From the IMG/VR virus record IMGVR_UViG_3300021400_000621, positions 25,174 to 89,173 of that record: a stretch of DNA of 64,000 bases. One strand, written 5' to 3'. Each line of letters opens with the position of its first letter. Position 1 is the stretch's first letter. The notes under the pieces are model-generated. The model was not told the DNA's origin. It saw only the letters and a program-made list of their open reading frames with translations, and made no database searches. The stretch comes from a virus. Taxonomy: Duplodnaviria > Caudoviricetes. The position numbers and the translations under genes were made by a program. This document shows positions 48,442 through 58,961 of this stretch, one piece after another.

Positions 48442-49391
48442 CCCTCGTTTGCGTCAGTGCTATCCTGTGCCATAGGCTCAGTATGTTCCTTAGCAGCTGT
48501 ATGTGGCATTACGATGTGGTCATCTGTACCACCACTAGCACTGTTGTCAATGTCAGCAGCAATTTGCAGTACACAAAGAACTTGCTTTGTCTTATCGAAA
48601 TATGTGTAACCTGGGAATGCGTCCATTGTGAAATCAAATGTTGAAGGGTCTCCAGTACCAGCCATTGTGATAGTGAAGTTACTCTGGATCTTAACATTAG
48701 GGAATGTTAAGTTAGCAGGCAGGTCTTTACCAGTAGCCTGTTCTCTGAACAGAGTATCAGCCTCAACATAGTATGAACCACCGAATGTACCAGCTGTAAT
48801 GTCTGCTTCCCAAACGCTTGTTCCTGGGAGATCAACATAGTAGTCAATCATAGCATTAACATTCTTTGCAGTAGCAATAGTAATTTTCTTACCAGTATTA
48901 TCAACAGTTGCGCCTGTAAGAATTTCACCTGTAAGAGAACCATCATCCTCAGTCTTCATAACATAAAGTGGAGCATCATCAGCGCAAATTTTTGCACTTG
49001 CACCAAACTGAGCAACGGCATCAGTCATGTCAAATACACCATTGGCGTCAGAAGAAGCCATGCTTGTCATGTGGAAATGAACATTAGGTTCGTTTTCAGA
49101 AAGACCTTCTTTAAAAAGGCCAGCACCAGAAAGGATAGAGAATCCAATAGGTGAAAGCAGAGCGTCTGTTACTGTAAATGTAAGAGTCTTGTCGCCTTCC
49201 CAAGCGATAAGTCTAGAGTTACCTCTTCCGCCTTGAGCATAAGTAGTTGTAGCTGCCTGCTCAAGAGTAGAAGTAGTTGCTGTATCAATATAAAGCACTG
49301 GTTGTCCAACTTGGAATGTTGCTGTACCAATCTTTGTTGCCTGTTTTGCACGGAAAACAATATTAGCACATTCACGAATACCAAACTTCAT
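48435..49391 (-). CDS. Major tail (tube) protein
   Basis: 318 aa, AAGGAGG RBS, beta-rich siphovirus tube-like sequence upstream of the chaperone and tape measure genes. Confidence 0.75.
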   Translation of the reverse strand: MKFGIRECANIVFRAKQATKIGTATFQVGQPVLYIDTATTSTLEQAATTTYAQGGRGNSRLIAWEGDKTLTFTVTDALLSPIGFSILSGAGLFKEGLSENEPNVHFHMTSMASSDANGVFDMTDAVAQFGASAKICADDAPLYVMKTEDDGSLTGEILTGATVDNTGKKITIATAKNVNAMIDYYVDLPGTSVWEADITAGTFGGSYYVEADTLFREQATGKDLPANLTFPNVKIQSNFTITMAGTGDPSTFDFTMDAFPGYTYFDKTKQVLCVLQIAADIDNSASGGTDDHIVMPHTAAKEHTEPMAQDSTDANEGE

Positions 49392-49424
49392 AAATGCATT
49401 TCCTCCTTAAATTATATCTCCTGA

Positions 49425-50186
49425 TTAGTTAGATGAATATAAATTCTTCATCCAATCTTCAGGCTGTTGTAAATCTTGTGCCCCAGCCAATCTGAAACTC
49501 AAATTCTGGTCGAATTGTTGCTTTAAGCTGAAGCGGTTAAATTCATCAAATAATTGAAAGACAGTGTAATTCTTAAATAAATTCATGTCTTTTTGTTCCC
49601 CTACTGCTAATATTGAAATATATCTTGACAAAATTGATTCACTTTGTCCTTCAGAGTTTTGACTTTTTATTTCTTTTACTTTTTGGCGGCCGCGCTTAAT
49701 TTTATCCACAATTGCTTTTGCGGCGGGGTTAGCAGGATTATATTCTCGCTCTCCCTCTGCTTCGCCACCTAGAGAATACATTTTTGCAACAATTTCTCTA
49801 AACTCATCAAAGTTCTCTTGATTTATAATATGATTTACACCATCTATTACTATGGCTATCATATTTGGCATTAATAGCACCTTTCCTTCTGGAAACATAA
49901 GTGTTAATACCATTTCAATATTTACTCGTTGTAATTGAGATGCAGGGTCCTTACGATTATGTAATAAAGACATTAATAATGTAAAATCATCCAATTGCTC
50001 TATTTGTTTAGCTGCCCCTTCGTCTAATGTTAATTTATCTTTACTAAAATTTAAAAAATTAGCACCATTTAAAAAAGCATCTTCTCCAATATAAGCAATT
50101 TCTTGTATTGTTGGTTGATGGATTGTTATTTCAGCTGGAGCAAATGGTATATCATTACCCGTTATAAGTAACAATTCATCTACCAT
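49425..50186 (-). CDS. Hypothetical tail morphogenesis protein
   Basis: 253 aa between the neck genes and the major tail gene. Confidence 0.65.
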   Translation of the reverse strand: MVDELLLITGNDIPFAPAEITIHQPTIQEIAYIGEDAFLNGANFLNFSKDKLTLDEGAAKQIEQLDDFTLLMSLLHNRKDPASQLQRVNIEMVLTLMFPEGKVLLMPNMIAIVIDGVNHIINQENFDEFREIVAKMYSLGGEAEGEREYNPANPAAKAIVDKIKRGRQKVKEIKSQNSEGQSESILSRYISILAVGEQKDMNLFKNYTVFQLFDEFNRFSLKQQFDQNLSFRLAGAQDLQQPEDWMKNLYSSN

Positions 50187-50824
50187 TATGAGATAGCCAC
50201 CTCTCCTATTTGTTCTGTATCTTCAGTAAAGTGTTCTGCTCTATATGATAAAGTATACATTGATATATCTTCATTTAAAACCGCTAAATTACAACCCAAA
50301 AATTTATAGGCACCATAACCAGACATTTTAATATTATTACCAGTGCTTCTAACAGTTAATTTATTTTTGTTGGTTAAAGAATTAAGAATACCATCTATAT
50401 ACCCTACAATAGCTAAAGGACGAACTTTATAGTCATCTAAACACCATTCGTCCATATAACAAATAATATCAAAATTAACTGTACAATCTCTAAATTCTGG
50501 ATTACTTCTATTTGGTGAAAAATTATCAAAAGTAATAAGAATAAAAGAACGAATATCTTCAAATTCTGTTCTTGCAATTTTTGGATTTAATCTAATATAT
50601 CCCTCTTCAATTAAAGTTCCAAGAGACTTAGAATCAATTAACTTTTGATAATCAGTATTTTCAGTATCTAAACAATCTGGTTTATTAACGACTAAAAGTC
50701 TTTTTAAAATGTCACTATATGGTTTAGAATCAACAAACAATGTTTTAATTATTGTTTCTGTATCTTTATCACAAGAGAGAAAAGAACTATAAATAGGTTG
50801 TGTCTTAACTAAATCTTTTCTCAT
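50186..50824 (-). CDS. Putative tail terminator/completion protein
   Basis: 212 aa; function inferred from position only. Confidence 0.5.
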   Translation of the reverse strand: MRKDLVKTQPIYSSFLSCDKDTETIIKTLFVDSKPYSDILKRLLVVNKPDCLDTENTDYQKLIDSKSLGTLIEEGYIRLNPKIARTEFEDIRSFILITFDNFSPNRSNPEFRDCTVNFDIICYMDEWCLDDYKVRPLAIVGYIDGILNSLTNKNKLTVRSTGNNIKMSGYGAYKFLGCNLAVLNEDISMYTLSYRAEHFTEDTEQIGEVAIS

Positions 50825-50842
50825 AATTTAACTCCTTGTATC

Positions 50843-52138
50843 TCATAGTGATTTAATAGTAATATATTTTTTCAAATCACCATATTTTATATCAAACCCT
50901 TTTCTATATGCTTTTGTAGTTAACACTACAATATTTAAATCATTATTATCATCAATAGAATAAGAAATGATATTATTATCAGCAATATTAACCTCCCACT
51001 CTGCAGCGGCAGCACCCTTGGCGCTGAACTTTACCTCATCATAAGGAGCTAATACATCTGGGCCAGTTATTTCACTGTCAGTGGACTGGTCCGCCGCATT
51101 CATCTCTCTTATTTGTTGGTCAGTACTTGTATAAGTTTCCTTAAGTGCAACTCTTATAATACCAGAATCTGGATTACTTGCACTGCTACTATAATTATCA
51201 TTATAGGCTTGTACTTCCCAACTTTTTCCATTAATAATAACTCTATCAAACCGCTTAAAATAAGCTAATGTATCCGCATCTTTTGTGATGTAAAGTTTCT
51301 TAGTATAGTTCATATCATTCCAAACTACACCTTTCTTTACATTCCACATCAAAGTTTCTTCATTAGGACCAGTCATCCAACCTCTATAGGTCTTCTCTGA
51401 CTCAGTTCCATCATCATTAATTACTATGATAGTAATTTCTTCATCAGCTTTTCTAATTTCCCCTCTAAAATAAGCGGTTTCTTCTGAATACTGCATATAA
51501 ACAATCCAATATGTATCTGGAACCCACTCTTCTTTATTACCATGAATCCATTTAAATACAGTTCCATTGTGAAAATTAGTTTCAACCCAATCATCATTAT
51601 CTTGAACTGGATCTATTGATACAGTATTCTCTATAAAAGGAATGGAAATTATCTTATCTTCATAATCAACTTTTAATTTGTCATGATTAATTAAACATCT
51701 AAAATAATCTCCTTCTTTATCAGAAATTATATTATTTAATGCCGCAATATATTCAGCACTGGTTCTTCCAAATTCTGCACTTGCCGCAGCCAACTCTCCA
51801 TATTGACTTTCTAAAGCATCTAAAGTAGCAAGTTGATTTTCTGTCAATTCAATTTGATCTTGGATACTAGTAATAATAGCCACAATAGCTTTTATTAAAG
51901 CATCATCACTCGCATTATAAGGCTGACATATTGCCGCTTGATAAGAATAATAAAGAGCTTTCCTTAAACCTCTTAACTTATCCTCTCTCATACGAGTCCA
52001 TTGGTCATGAACTCTTGTTACTTTTTTATATTTCCCTTTGCCAGATACTTCTGTGCCAGATTCATCGACCCTTTTTACCTCGCCATAATATCCAACTCTA
52101 TTTCGCATATTATTAATACTATCCAACATTTCGATCAA
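50843..52138 (-). CDS. Putative head-closure/neck protein
   Basis: 431 aa; function inferred from position only. Confidence 0.5.
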   Translation of the reverse strand: MIEMLDSINNMRNRVGYYGEVKRVDESGTEVSGKGKYKKVTRVHDQWTRMREDKLRGLRKALYYSYQAAICQPYNASDDALIKAIVAIITSIQDQIELTENQLATLDALESQYGELAAASAEFGRTSAEYIAALNNIISDKEGDYFRCLINHDKLKVDYEDKIISIPFIENTVSIDPVQDNDDWVETNFHNGTVFKWIHGNKEEWVPDTYWIVYMQYSEETAYFRGEIRKADEEITIIVINDDGTESEKTYRGWMTGPNEETLMWNVKKGVVWNDMNYTKKLYITKDADTLAYFKRFDRVIINGKSWEVQAYNDNYSSSASNPDSGIIRVALKETYTSTDQQIREMNAADQSTDSEITGPDVLAPYDEVKFSAKGAAAAEWEVNIADNNIISYSIDDNNDLNIVVLTTKAYRKGFDIKYGDLKKYITIKSL

Positions 52139-52436
52139 TAGTATTGAGTAAACTTAAACATTCAAAAATCGTACATCTATAACGTTCAAAATCATCTTGT
52201 TCAGTTAACTCAAATAATCCTTCCATTTTACATAATAAGGAAAAGAGGGTTCTATGTTGGCCGATAAGTAACCTATCCATTCCTTTAAGTTCCTCAAGAA
52301 GAGTGTCCAATGGTTTTTCCCAATTGGACCCCTCTTCTCTCATAGGTAATAGTTTATATACTTGATTAATAATACGTTTTAAGTTATCATGAACAGCGAC
52401 TTCTTCAATTTCAATGCCATTTTTTAATATTACCAT
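52119..52436 (-). CDS. Hypothetical neck-region protein
   Basis: 105 aa, overlaps both neighbours. Confidence 0.6.
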   Translation of the reverse strand: MVILKNGIEIEEVAVHDNLKRIINQVYKLLPMREEGSNWEKPLDTLLEELKGMDRLLIGQHRTLFSLLCKMEGLFELTEQDDFERYRCTIFECLSLLNTIDRNVG

Positions 52437-53056
52437 TCTTCATCCTCCTCATCAGTAGGATACCAAATGATACCATCGGCAATCCATTCATCATCATCGC
52501 CCTCTTCATTAACTGGCCAACCATCGCCAATTGTCCATCTTCTATCTTCTGGTTCCATAATCTTAGACATAGTAGAATGAAATATTCCGTGTCTATCTCT
52601 AACTCTACGTTTATAAAGTCTTTGTAAATGAAACCCCTCTCTTTCATAATCTTTCTTAAGCATTAACAGCTTTTGCATATGATTTGCTTGAGAGGTAAAT
52701 TTAAAATCAGCACCACTATACTTCATGCGAGTATTTTCAACAGAAGCAAGTTGTTGACCAAGCCATTCAACTACCATATATGTAGCAAGAATATTAATTT
52801 CTTCTGGAATTAATCTCCCCTTAAAAGCACCTTCCATATAAGTATTACCTTCTGCATCAGTTTCCTCATGATGGTTTAACTTATATACAAGCGGCGTTCT
52901 AGGAAATTCAAACTTATGAACTGCGGTAAGAAGCAGCTCCCTAGCCATTGCCGCAGTTTCTTCCTCGGTTAATTCCATATACATATCATCAGTAATTTTA
53001 GCATAAAAACTATCATATATCTTTGAGAAGGATGTATACTTTACTTTTTCACTCAT
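52430..53056 (-). CDS. Putative head-tail adaptor
   Basis: 208 aa, helical, second gene after the capsid; function inferred from position. Confidence 0.5.
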   Translation of the reverse strand: MSEKVKYTSFSKIYDSFYAKITDDMYMELTEEETAAMARELLLTAVHKFEFPRTPLVYKLNHHEETDAEGNTYMEGAFKGRLIPEEINILATYMVVEWLGQQLASVENTRMKYSGADFKFTSQANHMQKLLMLKKDYEREGFHLQRLYKRRVRDRHGIFHSTMSKIMEPEDRRWTIGDGWPVNEEGDDDEWIADGIIWYPTDEEDEEW

Positions 53057-53077
53057 ATTATCCTTCCTTTCGTATAG

Positions 53078-53653
53078 TTATTTATCCTCTATAACTTTAA
53101 CAACCCTACGAGTAGGAGCCTTTTCTTCTTTCTTTTCTTCCATCTTTGGAACTGCTGCTCTTCTCTTGCCATTTTCATGTTCTTTATTAGAACCTTCATT
53201 AGCATTTCTTTCCATTTCAACAGCAAAATCTACATCAAATCCAAGTTTATCTCTAATAACTTCTCTCTTCTGAACATCATTAAGCGGAAGTTCTACAGCT
53301 AAATCTTTAATCATGTCAAGTACACCAGCAGGCGCAAAATCAAGACAGTCTAAAAATTCATCTAAGGTACCATACTGAAGAAGATACTTTACGTTCTTCT
53401 CGCCATAATAATACTCAGGTTCTACTTCACCGAGAAGCTCTTCTACTGCGGCCGCATCATCAAGAACTAAACAATTCTGTAACATATACATACCGCCAGG
53501 AATCCAGGACAGCTTCTGTAGTTCCTCGAAAGTTAGGTCCTTAGTCTCGCCAGGCTGAAATTGTCTATTTAAATTTCCTAAATCTGGAATGATATAGCCT
53601 ACACTACCTTTATCCCTATTCGTAACCTTGATAATCTTATCCTTATCTACCAT
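53078..53653 (-). CDS. Hypothetical protein downstream of the capsid
   Basis: 191 aa, AAGGAG RBS. Confidence 0.7.
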   Translation of the reverse strand: MVDKDKIIKVTNRDKGSVGYIIPDLGNLNRQFQPGETKDLTFEELQKLSWIPGGMYMLQNCLVLDDAAAVEELLGEVEPEYYYGEKNVKYLLQYGTLDEFLDCLDFAPAGVLDMIKDLAVELPLNDVQKREVIRDKLGFDVDFAVEMERNANEGSNKEHENGKRRAAVPKMEEKKEEKAPTRRVVKVIEDK

Positions 53654-53686
53654 TATCGTATAACTCCTTTTATCTCCTTAATATAC

Positions 53687-53717
53687 AAAGAAAAGGGGAA
53701 GATTAAAAACCTTCCCC
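53687..53717 (-). terminator. Terminator after the major capsid gene
   Basis: Stem GGGGAAG/CTTCCCC with a U-rich tail on -. Confidence 0.75.
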
Positions 53718-53742
53718 GTATATATTGTATTTATTCAATCAA

Positions 53743-54783
53743 CTAATTAGTGATTTTAAGACTACTGTTAGTGTATACACAGATACCAGGGTTAACCAGA
53801 AGAACACCAACACCGAACTTACGGTAAGTCTGGATCTCTCTTGACCAATCCTCTTGGCTCTCAACTTCACGTACAGCAGTTTCGCCCTCAAACGCAACCT
53901 TGACTGGCTTATCGCTACCAGTTGGGATAATGTAAGCCTTAGAAGGATCCATTACCTTAACTGCGTTATCAATGTCTGTGAATGACTGAGGCAGGATAAT
54001 AACATTATGTCCCTTATAAGTAGCATAATATCCAACATCCCAACGCTCTTGCTTCATTTCATTAGAAGCCCATCTGTCATCTGGAATCATTGTTGCAGCG
54101 AACTCAAATGTGCAGTAAATAGTAGACTTACCATAAACATCAGCTGTCTGGATCAGTCTATCCATCTGAGCTTCTACGAAACCAGTTTGGCTAGTCTTGT
54201 TCTTAGCAGTTACCTTAGCAACAGCAGCATCAAGACCCTTAGCGATTTCTCTGTAAACAGCTTCGTCCATACCCTCAAGAATGAGGTCATAAACATCACT
54301 CATTTGGATTCTGCCATCAAGGAACTCTTCGAATCCAATCTGAGCAGCTCCGCCCCAAGCGCTTGTAGGAATTTCATAAGTATCTCCATCAAGCTTGAAG
54401 ACTTCATATCTACCAGCAAGACCAACTCTTGTTACGAAGTTGTTCTTAGCTCTAATTCTGGATTTAGCACTGATTCTTGTTGAGAATACAGGCTTATCTC
54501 CCTGTGCATATGTCTTAACTTCTGCGAACTGTCCGTAGTTCTGCATAACTCTTGCAGGAAGAATTTCATCAACACCAACCTCGATAAGTTCGAAGATGAG
54601 GTCTCTATTTCTTCTATACTCACGGAAATTAGAAGCAAGTTCATTCATTTCTTTTCTAAATGTCTCATTTAAAGCCTCGAATGTAAGATTCTTTCCTTCA
54701 TAAGAGAAGTTAGCAGAAGGATTTAAAGAGGCTTTTGCAGTAGCCTTAGCTAATGCGATTAAATTTGTTCTATCTAAAGCCAT
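53743..54783 (-). CDS. Major capsid protein
   Basis: 346 aa, high-expression codon usage, follows the protease/scaffold and decoration genes, followed by a terminator. Confidence 0.8.
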   Translation of the reverse strand: MALDRTNLIALAKATAKASLNPSANFSYEGKNLTFEALNETFRKEMNELASNFREYRRNRDLIFELIEVGVDEILPARVMQNYGQFAEVKTYAQGDKPVFSTRISAKSRIRAKNNFVTRVGLAGRYEVFKLDGDTYEIPTSAWGGAAQIGFEEFLDGRIQMSDVYDLILEGMDEAVYREIAKGLDAAVAKVTAKNKTSQTGFVEAQMDRLIQTADVYGKSTIYCTFEFAATMIPDDRWASNEMKQERWDVGYYATYKGHNVIILPQSFTDIDNAVKVMDPSKAYIIPTGSDKPVKVAFEGETAVREVESQEDWSREIQTYRKFGVGVLLVNPGICVYTNSSLKITN

Positions 54784-54799
54784 TAATCTCTCTCCTTTC

Positions 54800-55351
54800 T
54801 TACTTTACTCTCTGAATCTTAACACCTGGCTGTCCATCAGGCATTGTGTACTCTTTAACAACCTGGAAGCAAGGAACAGATGCGTTAGCAAGACTTGCAG
54901 CTTTCTTAAGGTATCCTGTAGTAGCATCTACTTCAAGGTAATCCTTAACGCTTAATGTAAGTCCAGCAACCTCTGCGCTATCACTTGTGTTTGCTCCAAA
55001 TGTATTTGTTGTATAAATATCTCCAATATTTGTTTTGAAAAGTCTTGGATAAATAAAACCATCTGAGAAGTCAGTAGCTTTTAAAACAAAGTCCCTATGC
55101 ATTTGCTTACGAGGATCGTAAAGCTTTTCTTCACAATAAACAAGGCACCATTCGCCATCGCCTGTTAATCCTGCAAATCCATCAGCATAGTTATATTTTA
55201 AAAACTGGCCCTGCTCGAGTTGAGCAATAGCAACCAGTTTACCATCACTTACAGATGCTGCAGGAAGCTGTGCATAAATCTGGCCTGTCTTTTGAGCAGA
55301 AAGATGGTTAGGCTCTACTTGTCCAAAACCGATTCTCTTAATTTGTGCCAT
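54800..55351 (-). CDS. Putative head decoration/cement protein
   Basis: About 183 aa between scaffold and capsid; AGGAGG RBS before ATG 55351. Confidence 0.6.
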   Translation of the reverse strand: MAQIKRIGFGQVEPNHLSAQKTGQIYAQLPAASVSDGKLVAIAQLEQGQFLKYNYADGFAGLTGDGEWCLVYCEEKLYDPRKQMHRDFVLKATDFSDGFIYPRLFKTNIGDIYTTNTFGANTSDSAEVAGLTLSVKDYLEVDATTGYLKKAASLANASVPCFQVVKEYTMPDGQPGVKIQRVK

Positions 55352-55369
55352 ATTAGACAACCCTCCTAA

Positions 55370-56803
55370 TTAATTTCTATTCTGAACTTCTTCAACTGAT
55401 TTTATCCAATCTGGAGTTGAATCGTTCATATCTAAACTAAAAGTAGTAACAGTTTTCTCTGTCATATCTTTATCATTTTTTGATGTATTATCTAAATCAA
55501 AATTGACCTTTTTTCTATAACAAATTACTGCTAATTTTGCTTCAATATCTTCAAGAGAATAATTTCTCTTATTCTCCATTACGTCTTTCTTATCTTCATC
55601 AGAAAGCATAGAGAACTGAGCAATTAAAGCATCCTTTTCTTTATCTTCTACATCATTTTTGAAAGCAACGAGTTCATTGTAAGATTCTTGAAGTGCAGTA
55701 TACTTAGCTTCAAGTGCTTCATATTCTGCATCAGTATGAAGTGCGCTACTCTTTGTAGGAATAGGATCTGATTCTGGATTAGCATCTTCTTCCTCTTCCT
55801 CTTCTTCTCTTTCTGGAGCGCCGCCAACTTCATTACCAAGTTTAGTACGCTCTGTATGAGATTCAGCAGAATCATCTTCTACTTTTACTTCAAATTTCTT
55901 CTTATCTTCGTCATCTTCCTCTTCTTCATCATTTGCATCTTCTTTAGATTCTTCTTGAGCGTCTTCTTGCTCCTCTTCTTCTTTTTTAACAAATTCTGAA
56001 GAGCTTGATGTATCTTCTGCTTCTTCTTGAGTTTCTGTAAATTCAGTTTGAACGATTTCGTCCTCTGTCTTTACTTCATCTACAATGATATTAGCATTGT
56101 CCACTGTATGCTCTCCTTTCAATGCAAATTCTAAATCCTTCATCATACTATATAAAGTACGATTGAAGTTTTCATCAAGAGTGAATTTAGGTGCTGTAAC
56201 TGCGGCGCCTTCGAAACAAGGCTCAACATCTTCACCTAAAATACAAAGCTTTGACACTACTGCGTCAGTAATAATAAAGAACTCTGCACCAGTTGCTGAG
56301 TTCACACTCCAATGACCATCAAGATGCTCATCGTCTAGTTCCATAGATTGTGGGCGGCCGCCGTTCTCTAAAGCTGATTTAGCTTCTGGGAATTGCTCTG
56401 TCCACAGGTAACCAGTTGTCATAAGATATTCTCTCTCAACAGCATTACCAAAATCATCAAAGTCATTAAACTTTTGGAACCAAACTTCTGCATCTGGTGA
56501 AACAAAACCATAAGGCTTTGTTAAACAATTAAAATGAATACCATCTGCATCAAGAATTAATTGGTCACCATGGTCTCTGAAGTCCTGCTTATCATCACTA
56601 TAATAACCAACGATAGGAGCGCCGCGTAATGTCTTAGCCATTTCTGTAGCTACATCCTTATTGATATAACTACCATTACGATTTTCACCTATGTAAAATA
56701 CCTTAATTTCACATTTTGACATTAACGGATTAATATCAAGAGGTTGAAGATTAATGAATTGTGGTGATTCAATCGTCGCTATAGATTTATGTGGTAAACT
56801 CAT
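55370..56803 (-). CDS. Prohead protease/scaffold fusion
   Basis: Globular N-terminal half (QSMEL, LCILGEDVEPCFEGA) plus a very acidic coiled-coil C-terminal half; between portal and capsid. Confidence 0.72.
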   Translation of the reverse strand: MSLPHKSIATIESPQFINLQPLDINPLMSKCEIKVFYIGENRNGSYINKDVATEMAKTLRGAPIVGYYSDDKQDFRDHGDQLILDADGIHFNCLTKPYGFVSPDAEVWFQKFNDFDDFGNAVEREYLMTTGYLWTEQFPEAKSALENGGRPQSMELDDEHLDGHWSVNSATGAEFFIITDAVVSKLCILGEDVEPCFEGAAVTAPKFTLDENFNRTLYSMMKDLEFALKGEHTVDNANIIVDEVKTEDEIVQTEFTETQEEAEDTSSSSEFVKKEEEEQEDAQEESKEDANDEEEEDDEDKKKFEVKVEDDSAESHTERTKLGNEVGGAPEREEEEEEEDANPESDPIPTKSSALHTDAEYEALEAKYTALQESYNELVAFKNDVEDKEKDALIAQFSMLSDEDKKDVMENKRNYSLEDIEAKLAVICYRKKVNFDLDNTSKNDKDMTEKTVTTFSLDMNDSTPDWIKSVEEVQNRN

Positions 56804-56817
56804 TTTCTATCTCCCTC

Positions 56818-58491
56818 TTACATAGACTCTCTATTAGCTAATGTTTTATCCGATTTTTCGTTATCTGGTTTCTCTGGGCGGCCAGCCTCAGAGTCACTTG
56901 AACTAGAACTTGAGGATCCGTTAGACGAGCCCGCGCCATTCTTGTTTCCGTTTCTCTGTGCCAGTGCTTCAGCGTTCATAGTATTTGATGTAAGTGGAGG
57001 AACAAATACGCTGACCAGATCCAGAACATCGTTCTCGAAGTAAGCAGTAGCTAAAATAGAACTTTGAGATTGGCCTAACGCAATCTGAGGTAACATCTTT
57101 GAGTAACCCATCTGTGCTTGCTCTTTATATAATTTAGCCATCTCTTTGTAATTATAAATCGTAGTGGTTAACACTTGCGCTTTATAATAACACTTTCTAT
57201 CATTCTTATTATAAGGCTCTAATAATAAGTTTAAGAACCCTTCAAACTGTTGAATTAAATTATAAAGCGATGCTTCATCATTAAGAATAGAATTATTTAA
57301 AGCAGTATTACTATTGCTATTAAACTGCATCTGAGATACACCAGCTTCATTATAAACCGCTCTTTCTACTCTTGTTAAATCATCAGTCTGAGTAGTATTA
57401 CTTTTGTCTGACATATCAGCCACATCTACATCAGCAAATGTAGTTAATACATCAATACCTATTGCACGACTCAACATTCTTACTGCATTATTATGAAGTG
57501 CTTGTGCTTCATCAACATCAAACACTAAATCGCCATTTTTATCTATAGGCATCTTCTGAATAATAATCTTCAGTAATTTTTGAGCCATTCTTCTTTGGTC
57601 AAGATCCTTTGCTTCATCTAAATCAATAATAGCAGGTATAACTGAAATAAATGGAGGAAAATCCTCACCATTAAGATTAAACTTTATAACACTTTTAATA
57701 TCTAATAGATACCAACCAGATGAATCACCTGGATCAAGCTTTAAAGTACCATCTTTATACGCCTTATATCCTTTTTTAAATTCAGCAGGGAATAAATTTA
57801 ATACTTTTGCCCTCTGCTCACTATTAGAATACATATCGTCAAAGAAAGCCATATTAAATTCTACTGCGGGTCTACCGTTTACACTATATCTAGACCTACA
57901 ATAAGCTGGTGGCAGCTCTTGAACAGACATTTTATTACCATTAGGAATTAAATATCCATAATAGCAACCAAATCTAATAACTTTTAAAGCAACATCACCA
58001 AAAAATTTCTTTACTTCAAATTCATCAAGATATTTCAATGCTTTAAAAAAGTTTGTAAGTATTTTATTTCTATTATTATTACTTAAACTAACATCTGCAT
58101 CTGCCGCAACACCCAAACCGCCATTAATATAAGGTGTTACCACCCAGTCATATCTATATAAATATGCCATATATCTACATAATCTATTATAAATACCACT
58201 TGTTCTATAATAGAAATTAGAAATCTCTCTTAATTTTGGTAAGTCTTGGTTTGCAATAGCCTTTAATATATAACTTTTGGTTCCGAATTGCTTATTTGCT
58301 TTCTTAAAGCTACCTAAATCATTAATAGTAGCATCTTGAAGTATTTGCGCACCAACTCGAATTTTAGAAAAAGCATGATTTCCTACTAAAGTAGGTGATA
58401 CATCTTCGGTGTTATCACCAACAGCCAAAGGAATATTAAATCCTTTGTTCCTAATTTCTTCAATTCTGTTTATCAAAATAACACCTCTCAC
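56818..58491 (-). CDS. Portal protein (start possibly TTG 58476)
   Basis: About 555 aa, helical, with a low-complexity Ser-rich tail; lies upstream of the protease. Confidence 0.72.
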   Translation of the reverse strand: MRGVILINRIEEIRNKGFNIPLAVGDNTEDVSPTLVGNHAFSKIRVGAQILQDATINDLGSFKKANKQFGTKSYILKAIANQDLPKLREISNFYYRTSGIYNRLCRYMAYLYRYDWVVTPYINGGLGVAADADVSLSNNNRNKILTNFFKALKYLDEFEVKKFFGDVALKVIRFGCYYGYLIPNGNKMSVQELPPAYCRSRYSVNGRPAVEFNMAFFDDMYSNSEQRAKVLNLFPAEFKKGYKAYKDGTLKLDPGDSSGWYLLDIKSVIKFNLNGEDFPPFISVIPAIIDLDEAKDLDQRRMAQKLLKIIIQKMPIDKNGDLVFDVDEAQALHNNAVRMLSRAIGIDVLTTFADVDVADMSDKSNTTQTDDLTRVERAVYNEAGVSQMQFNSNSNTALNNSILNDEASLYNLIQQFEGFLNLLLEPYNKNDRKCYYKAQVLTTTIYNYKEMAKLYKEQAQMGYSKMLPQIALGQSQSSILATAYFENDVLDLVSVFVPPLTSNTMNAEALAQRNGNKNGAGSSNGSSSSSSSDSEAGRPEKPDNEKSDKTLANRESM

Positions 58492-58534
58492 TTTTTAACT
58501 TTATTGTATCAAAATTTTTTAGTTTTGTCCAATT

Positions 58535-58891
58535 TTAATAACCAGCTAAACTAAAAATATAATCATAGTTTATTCGATGCTCATCAGTATATGGGATAGC
58601 AATCAGTTTAATGCCATGCTCTTCGCAATAAATGCGCTTCCGCATGTCATTAAACTGTTGCTTACGTAATCCTTCATATCCACCAAACTTACTTTTAGCT
58701 TGGTAATGTTGTATTCCTTGATATTCAATCAAGAAATCTATATCTCCGTTGTCATCGAATACACAAAAGTCAAATCTAAGAGGTCTCCCAGAAGAAGAAA
58801 CTAAATCTGGAAAAGAATATTCCTCAACGAAATCTACTCCCGCCGCCCTAAGAATATCCTCTATTTTAATTTCTCCTCTACTTGCTCTCAT
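58535..58891 (-). CDS. PD-(D/E)xK / DUF559-like endonuclease
   Basis: GEIKI..IL, LRFDFCV, LIEYQGIQHY, ND..K..YC motifs. Confidence 0.72.
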   Translation of the reverse strand: MRASRGEIKIEDILRAAGVDFVEEYSFPDLVSSSGRPLRFDFCVFDDNGDIDFLIEYQGIQHYQAKSKFGGYEGLRKQQFNDMRKRIYCEEHGIKLIAIPYTDEHRINYDYIFSLAGY

Positions 58892-58961
58892 TTTATCTCC
58901 TTCTTTTGTGTTTGCTATTGTATTTTTAAAATCAAGTTAATTTAATTTTTGAAAAATGTCC

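Noticed and set aside
43480-54483. Longer antisense ORFs such as 43480-43956 and 54007-54483 (also 15591-15962)
   Set aside because: Shadow frames opposite well-supported genes, with no RBS or recognisable motifs.
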